Part shown: piece after piece, positions 37,665-45,759 of the stretch | Layout: every line of letters begins with the position of its first letter | How positions within the stretch are numbered: position 1 is the first letter of the stretch | Program-made: the position numbers and the translations under genes | Notes under the pieces: model-generated | The model's database searches: none | What the model was told of the DNA's origin: nothing | Seen by the model: only the letters and a program-made list of their open reading frames with translations | Assembly (NCBI GenBank): GCA_934589675.1 | Contig: CAKTOF010000003.1 | Location: forward strand, 6,865 to 70,864 | DNA length: 64,000 bases | Reading direction: 5' to 3' | DNA from: an uncultured Oscillospiraceae bacterium | GTDB taxonomy: Bacteria; Bacillota; Clostridia; Oscillospirales; Oscillospiraceae

Positions 37665-38261
37665 ATGTATCCCATTGTTTACTGGCTCGTGCGTATCGGC
37701 CTGTTCTTCTGGCACCCCGTTTTCCGCGTGAAGGGGCGCGAGAATCTTCCGAAGGACGGAAGCTTCGTCATCTGCTGCAACCATTCCTCATGCGCAGACC
37801 CCGTGTGGCTGCTCGCAGCGCTGCGCGCGCGGCGGCATAAGCAGGTTCCGCGCATCATGGCCAAGGCGGAGCTTCTGAAAGTCCCTGTGCTCGGCCCGCT
37901 GCTCAGGTGGGTCGGCGTGTTCGGTGTCGAGCGCGGCGAGGCGGACGTCGGCGCGCTCAAGATCGCGCTCAAGACGCTCAAGGAGGGGCGCAGCCTCATG
38001 CTGTTCCCGCAGGGGACGCGCTGCAAAAACGGCGAGCGCCTGCCGGGCAAGACCGGCGCGGCCATGCTCGCCACGCGGACGGATACGATGGTGCTGCCCA
38101 TGTACCTGACAGAGAACAAGCGCCCGTTCGGCCCCGTTACATGCGTCATCGGCAAGCCTTACAAGATGGAATATGAGGGCAAGCGTGCCACAAGCGCCGA
38201 GCTGCACGACCTGACAGACGGCCTCATGGACCGCATCTACAAGCTGGGGGAGCAGGCATGA
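37665..38261 (+). CDS. plsC: 1-acyl-sn-glycerol-3-phosphate acyltransferase
   Basis: NHSSCADP (NHxxxxD) and FPQGTR motifs. Confidence 0.85.
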   Translation: MYPIVYWLVRIGLFFWHPVFRVKGRENLPKDGSFVICCNHSSCADPVWLLAALRARRHKQVPRIMAKAELLKVPVLGPLLRWVGVFGVERGEADVGALKIALKTLKEGRSLMLFPQGTRCKNGERLPGKTGAAMLATRTDTMVLPMYLTENKRPFGPVTCVIGKPYKMEYEGKRATSAELHDLTDGLMDRIYKLGEQA

Positions 38262-40336
38262 AGGTCACTGTCGCCAAAACGGCGGGCTTCTGCTTCGGCG
38301 TCGACCGCGCTGTCTCGCTCGTGGAGCAGGCGGCAAAGAGCGGCCGCACCGTTGTGACGCTCGGGCCGATCATTCACAACCGCCATGTCGTGAGCCGCTT
38401 CGCGTCCATGGGCGTGCACGAGATCGGCGACGTCTCAGAGGCGCCGGACGGCGCCGTCGTCGTCATCCGCTCGCACGGCGTGGGAAAGGCCGTCTACGAC
38501 GCGCTGCGCGTGCGGGGGCTCGACATCGTCGACGCGACGTGCCCGTTTGTTGAGCGCATCCATAAGATCGCCCACGCGGCGTCGGAAGCGGGGCGGACGG
38601 TCATCATCGTCGGCGACCGGACGCACCCGGAGGTGCTCGCCATTGCTGGCTGGTGCGCCGACCCGGTCGTTGTGGAAAACGACGCTGCGCTCAAGGCGTG
38701 GCTCGAAGAAGACGCCTCGCGCGCAAACGCCCCGCTGACGGCCGTCTGCCAGACAACAAACACGCAGAATACGTGGAAATCCTGCACGAATTTATTAAAA
38801 AAACAGTGTACAAACTGCGAAATTTTTGATACAATATGTAATGCTACGGAAAAACGCCAAAGCGAGGCCGTAATTCTGGCCGGCGCGTCGGATGCTGTGG
38901 TCGTTGTAGGCGACGCCGCAAGCTCCAACACGCGGCGCCTGTACGAGCTGTGCAGGCTGTCCTGCCCGAATGTGTCCCTTGTGGACAATGCAGACGAGCT
39001 GGACTTGCGGCGATTGGCCGGTGCTTTTTCCGTTGGCGTCACGGCCGGCGCTTCCACGCCGTCGTGGATCATAAAGGAGGTCAGTCACAAGATGAGCGAC
39101 GAAATTTTGGAACAGGCGGCAAACGCGGCCGCCGAAGAAACCGTTGATGCTGCGGTTGAGGCTGGCGAGGAGAGCTTTGACGAGCTCCTCGAGCAGTCCT
39201 TCAAAACTTTGAATACAGGAGATAAGGTCACTGGTATCGTCACCGGCATCAGCCCGACGGAGGTCTATGTTGACCTCGGTGCGAAGCAGGCGGGGTACAT
39301 ACCCTACGATCAGATCAGCAGCGATCCGACGGTCAAGCCGGAAGACCTCTTCAAGGTCGGCGATGAGATCGAAGTTTTCGTCGTTCGCGTCAATGACGTT
39401 GAGGGTGTCGTCACGCTGAGCAAGAAGCGCCTCGATGCCAATAAGGGCTGGGACGAGGTCGAAGCGGCCATGGAGTCCAAGGAGCCCGTTGAGCTCACCA
39501 TCACCGAAGTCAATGCCGGCGGCCTCGTCGGCAACTACAAGGGCGTCCGCGTGTTTATCCCGGCGTCCCAGAGCGGCGTGCCGAAGGGCGGCGACCTTGA
39601 GAAGCTCCTCAAGACGACCGTCAACGTCCGCATCACGGAGGTCAACCGTTCCCGCCGCCGCGTCGTCGGCTCGATCCGTGCTGTCACGAGCGAGGCCCGC
39701 AAGGCCGCGGCGGAGAAGATCTGGTCCGAGATCGAGGTCGGCAAGACCTATCACGGCACCGTCAAGAGCCTGACGAGCTACGGCGCATTTGTCGACATCG
39801 GCGGCGTCGACGGCATGGTCCATGTATCCAAGCTGAGCTGGAACCGCATCAAGACTCCGTCGGACGTTGTTTCCGTCGGCGACGAGATCGACGTTTTCGT
39901 CATCGCGCTCGACCCGGAGAAGCGCCGCATCTCCCTCGGCTACCGCACGCCGGAGACCAACCCGTGGAACATCTTCACCACGAACTATCACGTCGGCGAC
40001 GTGGTCAAGGCCAAGATCGTCAAGCTTATGGAGTTCGGCGCGTTTGCCGAGATTGTCCCGGGCGTTGACGGCCTCATCCACATCAGCCAGATCGCCGATC
40101 GCCGCATCGGCAAGCCGGAGGACGTCCTGTCCGAGGGCCAGGAGGTCGACGTCAAGATCACCGACATCGACTACGACCGCAAGCGCATCTCCCTGTCCAT
40201 CCGCGCGCTGCTCGAGCCCGAGCAGGAGCCGGAGGAGGAGCCGGTCTACACCGCCCGCCAGAGCGAGCCGGAGTCGGCCATGGTCTACAGCTCCGAGAAC
40301 CCGATCGCGGGCCAGAACGAGCTGGGCGAGGAGTAA
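38258..40336 (+). CDS. ispH: Bifunctional 4-hydroxy-3-methylbut-2-enyl diphosphate reductase / ribosomal protein S1
   Basis: N-terminal ~280 aa IspH (GFCFGVDRAV, CPFV, ASSNTRRL) fused in frame to four S1 repeats (GDKVTGIV.., VNAGGLV.., YHGTVKSLTSYGAFVDIG.., GDVVKAKIVKLMEFGAFAEI..). Confidence 0.9.
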   Translation: MKVTVAKTAGFCFGVDRAVSLVEQAAKSGRTVVTLGPIIHNRHVVSRFASMGVHEIGDVSEAPDGAVVVIRSHGVGKAVYDALRVRGLDIVDATCPFVERIHKIAHAASEAGRTVIIVGDRTHPEVLAIAGWCADPVVVENDAALKAWLEEDASRANAPLTAVCQTTNTQNTWKSCTNLLKKQCTNCEIFDTICNATEKRQSEAVILAGASDAVVVVGDAASSNTRRLYELCRLSCPNVSLVDNADELDLRRLAGAFSVGVTAGASTPSWIIKEVSHKMSDEILEQAANAAAEETVDAAVEAGEESFDELLEQSFKTLNTGDKVTGIVTGISPTEVYVDLGAKQAGYIPYDQISSDPTVKPEDLFKVGDEIEVFVVRVNDVEGVVTLSKKRLDANKGWDEVEAAMESKEPVELTITEVNAGGLVGNYKGVRVFIPASQSGVPKGGDLEKLLKTTVNVRITEVNRSRRRVVGSIRAVTSEARKAAAEKIWSEIEVGKTYHGTVKSLTSYGAFVDIGGVDGMVHVSKLSWNRIKTPSDVVSVGDEIDVFVIALDPEKRRISLGYRTPETNPWNIFTTNYHVGDVVKAKIVKLMEFGAFAEIVPGVDGLIHISQIADRRIGKPEDVLSEGQEVDVKITDIDYDRKRISLSIRALLEPEQEPEEEPVYTARQSEPESAMVYSSENPIAGQNELGEE

Positions 40337-40346
40337 GATAAGCTTT

Positions 40347-40384
40347 AAAGAACCATCCGGTTTCGGCCGGATGGTTCTTTTTTG
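40347..40384 (+). terminator. Intrinsic terminator after ispH/rpsA
   Basis: AAAGAACCATCCGG-tttcg-GCCGGATGGTTCTTTTTT. Confidence 0.85.
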
Positions 40385-40411
40385 CGCGCGGAGTCGAATT
40401 CGGATGCACAT

Positions 40412-40717
40412 GTAGGGGCGACCCTTGCGGTCGCCCGGTAGCGGAACGCGTTGAAATAGAACGTCGCGCCAAAGCCTCCCCTGTGTAAGGGGAGGTGGCT
40501 CGCCGATAGGCGAGACGGAGGGGTTGTAGGCCTGAGGGTTTGTACTGCGCCGATATAACCGCACAATCCCGCCGGGCAAGACGCGGAACCGGGCGACCAC
40601 AAGGGTCGCCCCTACAGGTGAGTTCCATTCAACCGCCCCTTCTGCAAAATCCGAGCCTACAACCCCTCAGTCGCCGTTCCGACGACAGCTCCCCTTACAC
40701 AGGGGAGCCTTGGCGCG
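40412..40717. repeat. Cluster of intergenic palindromic repeat modules (REP-like), two module types each present in both orientations
   Basis: Module A GTAGGGGCGACCCTTGCGGTCGCCC (40412-40436) recurs inverted at 40591-40615 with 1 mismatch. Module B CGCGCCAAAGCCTCCCCTGTGTAAGGGGAGG...GGAGGGGTTGTAGGC (40465-40531) recurs inverted at 40655-40717. Each module contains its own hairpin. Confidence 0.8.
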
Positions 40718-40752
40718 GCCGTAATCGGCGCATACCGAAAGACGCTCTGCAC

Positions 40753-40786
40753 AAAAAAATCCCTCGGCCAGACGGCCGAGGGATTT
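40753..40786 (-). terminator. Intrinsic terminator of the ABC-F gene
   Basis: Minus strand: AAATCCCTCGGCCG-tct-GGCCGAGGGATTTTTTT. Confidence 0.8.
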
Positions 40787-40789
40787 GGT

Positions 40790-42385
40790 TTACCGGTTCT
40801 TTTTCCACTCCAGAAATTCATCGTACGTGCATGTGCGGTCTAAGATCGTGCCGTCGGTCTGGAATTCGATGATGCGGTTGGCGGTGGACTGGAGCATCTC
40901 GTGGTCGTGGCTTGCGAGCAGGACGTTGCCGGGGAAGGCGACGAGGCCGTCGTTGACGGCGGTGATGGACTCGAGGTCGAGGTGGTTCGTCGGCTGGTCG
41001 AGCAGCAGGACGTTCGCGCCCGAGAGCATCATGCGCGAGAGCATGCAGCGCACCTTCTCGCCGCCGGAGAGCACCTTGACCTGCTTGAACACGTCCTCGC
41101 CGGAGAAGAGCATCCGGCCAAGAAAGCCGCGGAGGTACACTTCACTCTGATCTTCGCTGTACTGGCGCATCCAGTCGACGAGGTTCAGCTCGCAGCCGTC
41201 GAAATATGCGGTGTTGTCCTTCGGCAGATAGCTCTGCGACGCCGTCGAGCCCCATTTGACGCTGCCGCTGTCCGGCTCGAGCTCGCCCATGAGGATGCGG
41301 AACATCGTCGTCTGCGCCAGCTCATTTTCGCCGACGAAGGCGATCTTGTCGCCGCGGTTCACGGTAAACGACACGCCGCGCAGCAGCTCCGCGCCGTCGA
41401 CGGTCTTGCTGACGTCCGAGACGGTCAGAATGTCCTTGCCGACCTCGCGGTCGGGCTTGAACGAGACGAACGGGTACCGCCGCGACGAGGCGGGCATCTC
41501 CTCGACGGAGAGCTTGTCAAGCAGCTTGCGGCGGCTCGTGGCCTGCTTGGACTTGGACTTGTTGGCCGAGAAGCGGGCGATGAACTCCTGCAATTCTTTG
41601 ATCTTTTCCTCGTTGCGCTTATTCTGGTTGCGGATGAGCGACTGGACGAGCTGGCTCGACTCGTACCAGAAGTCGTAGTTGCCGACGTACATCTTGATCT
41701 TGCCGTAGTCGATGTCGACGATGTGCGTGCAGACGGTATTAAGGAAGTGGCGGTCGTGGCTGACGACGATGACCATGCCGGGGAAGTCGAGCAGGAAGTC
41801 CTCAAGCCACGCGGTGGACTCGATGTCGAGGTTGTTCGTCGGCTCGTCGAGCATGACGATGTCCGGATTGCCGAACAGCGCCTGCGCGAGGAGCACCTTG
41901 ACCTTCTGGCGGCCGTCCGTGTCGCGCATGAGGTCGTAGTGCTGCTCGACCGGGATGCCGAGGCCCTGCAGCAGGCGCGACGCGTCAGACTCTGCCTCCC
42001 AGCCGCCAAGCTCGGCGTATTCGGCCTCGAGCTCAGCCGCGAGAATGCCGTCCTCCTCCGAAAAATCCGGCTTTTCATACAGGGCGTCCTTCTGCTTGCC
42101 GACCTCGTAGAGGCGGGCGTTGCCCATGATGACCGTGTCCATAATGGTGTAGGCGTCGTACTGGAACTGATCCTGCTTGAGCACGCTCATGCGGACGCCG
42201 GGCTTGATGACGACCTCGCCGCTTGTGGAGTCGAGGTCGCCGGAGAGGATTTTCAGAAATGTGGACTTTCCGGCGCCGTTCGCGCCGATGATGCCGTAGC
42301 AGTTTCCGCCCGTAAACTGCAGATCGACGTGCTGGAAGAGCACGCTGCCGCCGTATTGCAGGCCGAGGTTGTTGACTGTGATCAT
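40790..42385 (-). CDS. ABC-F family ATPase, YbiT-like, with degenerate second nucleotide-binding site
   Basis: ATG 42385 after AAGGAG. NBD1 has GANGAGKST, VMLDEPTNNLD and SHDRHFL. The linker has ARFSANKSKSKQATSR. NBD2 has LSGGEKVR but Walker A VGENELAQTT and Walker B LLLDQPT. Confidence 0.88.
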   Translation of the reverse strand: MITVNNLGLQYGGSVLFQHVDLQFTGGNCYGIIGANGAGKSTFLKILSGDLDSTSGEVVIKPGVRMSVLKQDQFQYDAYTIMDTVIMGNARLYEVGKQKDALYEKPDFSEEDGILAAELEAEYAELGGWEAESDASRLLQGLGIPVEQHYDLMRDTDGRQKVKVLLAQALFGNPDIVMLDEPTNNLDIESTAWLEDFLLDFPGMVIVVSHDRHFLNTVCTHIVDIDYGKIKMYVGNYDFWYESSQLVQSLIRNQNKRNEEKIKELQEFIARFSANKSKSKQATSRRKLLDKLSVEEMPASSRRYPFVSFKPDREVGKDILTVSDVSKTVDGAELLRGVSFTVNRGDKIAFVGENELAQTTMFRILMGELEPDSGSVKWGSTASQSYLPKDNTAYFDGCELNLVDWMRQYSEDQSEVYLRGFLGRMLFSGEDVFKQVKVLSGGEKVRCMLSRMMLSGANVLLLDQPTNHLDLESITAVNDGLVAFPGNVLLASHDHEMLQSTANRIIEFQTDGTILDRTCTYDEFLEWKKNR

Positions 42386-42514
42386 GGCTTCTCCTTGAAA
42401 AAATAATATCTCAGTTATTATACCGGAAAGCGCGCGCGGATGCAACTGTCCGTTGAACGTTCGGCTAAAGTGTGATAAAATACAGACGATCAACGCACAT
42501 TGGAGTGGATTCTG

Positions 42515-43705
42515 ATGGAAAAACTCAATTCCATGCTTGCCAGCCTGACTGTTTTTCGCGGTGCGGCGGAGCTGCCGGCCGTGCATGCGCTTCGGGAGGC
42601 GCTTCGGGAGGCTTGCATCGGAGGCGATGCGGAGCGGCTGCTCGACGCCTACGGCCGCGCGCTGTTCGGCCTCCGGCAGGAGGGTGCGGACTCGTTTGCC
42701 GATTACCTGCGCGCGCACCTGCTCTTTGACGAGACGCCCTACGCCCTCGCCGTTGCGCGCGGCCGGGCGGATGCGGCCTACCGCGCAGCGGCCGAGCGCG
42801 ATCTTTCAATTCTCGGCGCGCTGTGCGCGCTCCCGGCTGCGCAGCTCAAGGAAGCCATTGCCAAAATCGCGGGGGATGAGGCGTATATTGCGTCGCTTCC
42901 GGAGTGGAATTGCGCGCCTGCGCCGGAGCTTTCCGAGCTGGAGGCATCCTACCGGAAAAACGGCTGCGGCCTGTTTGCGCGCGGCCGCGCGTTCCACTGG
43001 GAGCGCGGGCAGCTCACGGCGGTGAAAAATCCCGACCCGACGGAGGGGCTCATCGGCTACGAATGGCAGCGTGAGGCCGTCGTGCAGAACACGCGCGCGC
43101 TGCTCGCGGGAAGGCCGTGCTGCAACGTGCTGCTGCACGGCGACAGCGGAACGGGCAAATCCGCGACGATCAAGAGCCTGCTCGGCGTGCCGGAGTTTTT
43201 CAATCTCCGCATCATCGAGGTCGCGAAAAACAGCCTTGAGGAGCTGACGGACGTGCAGCGCCTCGTCTCCGGGCACACGCAGAAGTTCATCCTCTACATC
43301 GACGATCTGACCTTCCAGCAGGAGGACCGCGGCTACAGCGCGCTCAAGACGGCGCTTGAGGGCGGGCTGGAGCGAAGGCCGGACAATGTGGCCATCTATG
43401 TGACGAGCAACCGCCGCCATATGGTGCGCGAGACATTCTCCGACCGCGGCTCGGATGACATCCACCGCAGTGAGACCATTGCTGAGCAGACGAGCCTGTC
43501 CGATCGCTTCGGCCTGCGGCTTCCGTACCTGTCGCTCGGCAAGCCGGAATATCTTGCCATGATCGACGAGCTTGCCGCGCGTGCGGGCATTGACATGCCG
43601 GCCGAGCAGCTCCATGCTGAGGCCAATGTCTGGGAGCTGCGCCGCGGCGGCCGCACGCCGCGCTCGGCCACACAGTTCATCGAGCATTTGCAGTCCCAAT
43701 TCTGA
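42515..43705 (+). CDS. AAA-type ATP-binding protein (DUF815 family)
   Basis: Walker A HGDSGTGKSA, Walker B FILYIDDL, SNRRH motif. ATG 42515. Confidence 0.6.
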   Translation: MEKLNSMLASLTVFRGAAELPAVHALREALREACIGGDAERLLDAYGRALFGLRQEGADSFADYLRAHLLFDETPYALAVARGRADAAYRAAAERDLSILGALCALPAAQLKEAIAKIAGDEAYIASLPEWNCAPAPELSELEASYRKNGCGLFARGRAFHWERGQLTAVKNPDPTEGLIGYEWQREAVVQNTRALLAGRPCCNVLLHGDSGTGKSATIKSLLGVPEFFNLRIIEVAKNSLEELTDVQRLVSGHTQKFILYIDDLTFQQEDRGYSALKTALEGGLERRPDNVAIYVTSNRRHMVRETFSDRGSDDIHRSETIAEQTSLSDRFGLRLPYLSLGKPEYLAMIDELAARAGIDMPAEQLHAEANVWELRRGGRTPRSATQFIEHLQSQF

Positions 43706-43713
43706 AAAAATAC

Positions 43714-43741
43714 TTGCAAAAAGAAAGAAGCGCGCTATAAT
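43714..43741 (+). promoter_or_regulatory. Sigma-A promoter of htpG
   Basis: TTGCAA (43714-43719), 16-nt spacer, TATAAT (43736-43741). Confidence 0.7.
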
Positions 43742-43745
43742 AGGG

Positions 43746-43772
43746 TTAGCACTCGGAGATAACGAGTGCTAA
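43746..43772 (+). promoter_or_regulatory. CIRCE operator (HrcA binding site)
   Basis: TTAGCACTC-GGAGATAAC-GAGTGCTAA is a perfect match to the CIRCE consensus TTAGCACTC-N9-GAGTGCTAA. It lies 4 nt downstream of the -10 box. Confidence 0.9.
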
Positions 43773-43813
43773 CCCTGTTTTGTTAATCAATGTTCCAAAG
43801 GACGTGTTTAATT

Positions 43814-45691
43814 ATGGCGAAGAAACAATTCAAGGCGGAGTCGAAGCGGCTGCTCGACCTCATGATCAACTCAATCTACACGCACAAGGAGATCTTCCTG
43901 CGCGAGATCATCTCCAACGCCTCCGACGCCATCGACAAGCTGGCCTATCTGGCGCTGACGGACGACAAGGTCGGATTAAACCGCGGCGATTTTGCCATCC
44001 GCATTTCCGTTGACAAGGAGCACGGCGTGCTGACCGTGTCCGACAACGGCGTCGGCATGACGAAGGACGAGATGGAGCAGAACCTCGGCACCATCGCGCG
44101 CTCCGGCTCGCTGCAGTTCAAGCAGGAGATGGAGAAAAAAGACGACGTGGACATCATCGGCCAGTTCGGCGTCGGGTTCTACTCGGCGTTTATGGTCGCA
44201 GACAATGTGACGGTCATTTCGAAGAAGTACGGCTCGGACGAGGCGTGGATGTGGCAGTCGTCCGGCGCGGACGGCTACACCATGACGGCCTGCGAAAAGG
44301 ACACGGCCGGCACGGACGTCATCATGAAGCTCAAGGCCGACACGGAGGACGAGAACTACTCGCAGTATCTTGAGGAGTACGAGCTGCGCTCGCTCGTGAA
44401 GAAGTACTCCGACTACATCCACTATCCGATCAGGATGGAGGTTTCCAAGACCCGCTCCGTCGCCGATCCGGACGACGAGAGCAAGCAGAAGACCGAGGAA
44501 TACACGGAGGACGAGACGCTCAACTCCATGGTGCCTATCTGGCAGCGCCCGAAGGCGGAAGTCACGCAGGAGGAATACGACAACTTCTACAAGGACAAGT
44601 TCTTCGATTACGAGGCACCCTTAAGCACGCTGCGCGTGAGCGTCGAGGGCGCGGTCACATATACGGCGCTGCTGTTCATCCCGGCCAAGACGCCGTATGA
44701 CTACTATACGAAGGAATATAAAAAAGGCCTGCAGCTCTACTCGTCCGGCGTGCTCATCATGGACGCGTGCGAGGATCTGCTGCCGGACTGCTTCCGCTTT
44801 GTCAAGGGCGTCGTCGACTCGCAGGACCTGAACCTCAACATCTCCCGCGAAATGCTCCAGCACGACCGCGCCGTCGCACGCATCGCATCGAACCTCGAAA
44901 AGAAGATCCGCGCGGAGCTTGAGAAGCTCCTGAAAAACGACCGCGAGAAGTACGAGAAGTTCTTCTCGGCCTTCGGCCTCCAGCTCAAATACGGCGTCGT
45001 GGGCAACTACGGCGAGAAGAAGGACGAGCTGCAGGACCTTCTGCTGTTCTATTCGGCCAAGCAGGGCAAGCTCGTCACGCTCTCGGAATACGTCGACGCC
45101 ATGCCCGAGGGACAGACGGCCATTTACTACGCCGCGGGCGACAGCCGCGCCCGCCTGACGCAGCTGCCGCAGACGGAGCTGGCGCTGAAGAAGGGCTACG
45201 ACGTCCTCCTTATGACCGACGAGATCGACGAGTTCTGCGCGCAGATCCTCATGACGTACAAGGAAAAGAGCTTCCAGAGCGTTATCGGCAGCGACCTGAA
45301 GGACGAGGACGAGTCCCAGCCGGCCGAGGATGAGGCCAAGCCCGTGCTTGACTTTGTCAAGGAGGCGCTCGGCGACAAGGTCAGGGAAGTCCGCCTGAGC
45401 GGCAGCCTCGGCGGCCACCCCGTCTCACTCGCGCCGGAGGCCGGCATGAGCTTTGAGATGGAGAAGTACCTCAATAAGGTCAACCCCGACAGCCCGATGC
45501 ACGCGGGCCGTATTCTGGAGCTCAACGGCGCGCATAAGGCGTATCAAGCCATCGAATTGGCCATGACGGCCGACCCGGACAAGGCGAAAAAATACGCCGA
45601 GCTGCTCTACTGCCAGGCGTGCCTCATGGCCGATCTGCCCATTGACGACCCGACGGCGTACACCGACCTTGTGTGCAGCCTGATGAACTGA
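43814..45691 (+). CDS. htpG: Molecular chaperone HtpG (Hsp90)
   Basis: FKAESKRLLDLMINSIYTHKEIFLREIISNASDAIDK, GQFGVGFYSAF. ATG 43814. Confidence 0.96.
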   Translation: MAKKQFKAESKRLLDLMINSIYTHKEIFLREIISNASDAIDKLAYLALTDDKVGLNRGDFAIRISVDKEHGVLTVSDNGVGMTKDEMEQNLGTIARSGSLQFKQEMEKKDDVDIIGQFGVGFYSAFMVADNVTVISKKYGSDEAWMWQSSGADGYTMTACEKDTAGTDVIMKLKADTEDENYSQYLEEYELRSLVKKYSDYIHYPIRMEVSKTRSVADPDDESKQKTEEYTEDETLNSMVPIWQRPKAEVTQEEYDNFYKDKFFDYEAPLSTLRVSVEGAVTYTALLFIPAKTPYDYYTKEYKKGLQLYSSGVLIMDACEDLLPDCFRFVKGVVDSQDLNLNISREMLQHDRAVARIASNLEKKIRAELEKLLKNDREKYEKFFSAFGLQLKYGVVGNYGEKKDELQDLLLFYSAKQGKLVTLSEYVDAMPEGQTAIYYAAGDSRARLTQLPQTELALKKGYDVLLMTDEIDEFCAQILMTYKEKSFQSVIGSDLKDEDESQPAEDEAKPVLDFVKEALGDKVREVRLSGSLGGHPVSLAPEAGMSFEMEKYLNKVNPDSPMHAGRILELNGAHKAYQAIELAMTADPDKAKKYAELLYCQACLMADLPIDDPTAYTDLVCSLMN

Positions 45692-45706
45692 TCCTCCGCG
45701 AATGCC

Positions 45707-45743
45707 CGCCCCGCCGCGCTCTGTGCGGCGGGGCGATTTTTTT
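45707..45743 (+). terminator. Intrinsic terminator after htpG
   Basis: CGCCCCGCCGC-gctctgt-GCGGCGGGGCG + ATTTTTTT. Confidence 0.85.
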
Positions 45744-45759
45744 ATAAAAAAGCCTCCGG

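Noticed and set aside
38795-40600. 601-aa minus-strand ORF opposite ispH/rpsA and running into the repeat region
   Set aside because: Antisense shadow. Its 5' part is made from the palindromic repeat modules.
40412-40717. Possible CRISPR array
   Set aside because: There are only two copies of each of two different modules, and the copies are in opposite orientations. There is no regular repeat-spacer periodicity and no cas genes.
40158-40872. Small ORFs (85-156 aa) across the repeat cluster, both strands
   Set aside because: They are produced by translating palindromic repeat modules (peptides such as GRPQGSPLQ and LPLHRGGFG). They lack RBS and cross terminators.
40901-42406. 501-aa plus-strand ORF opposite the ABC-F gene
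   Set aside because: Antisense shadow. The minus strand has complete Walker and signature motifs.
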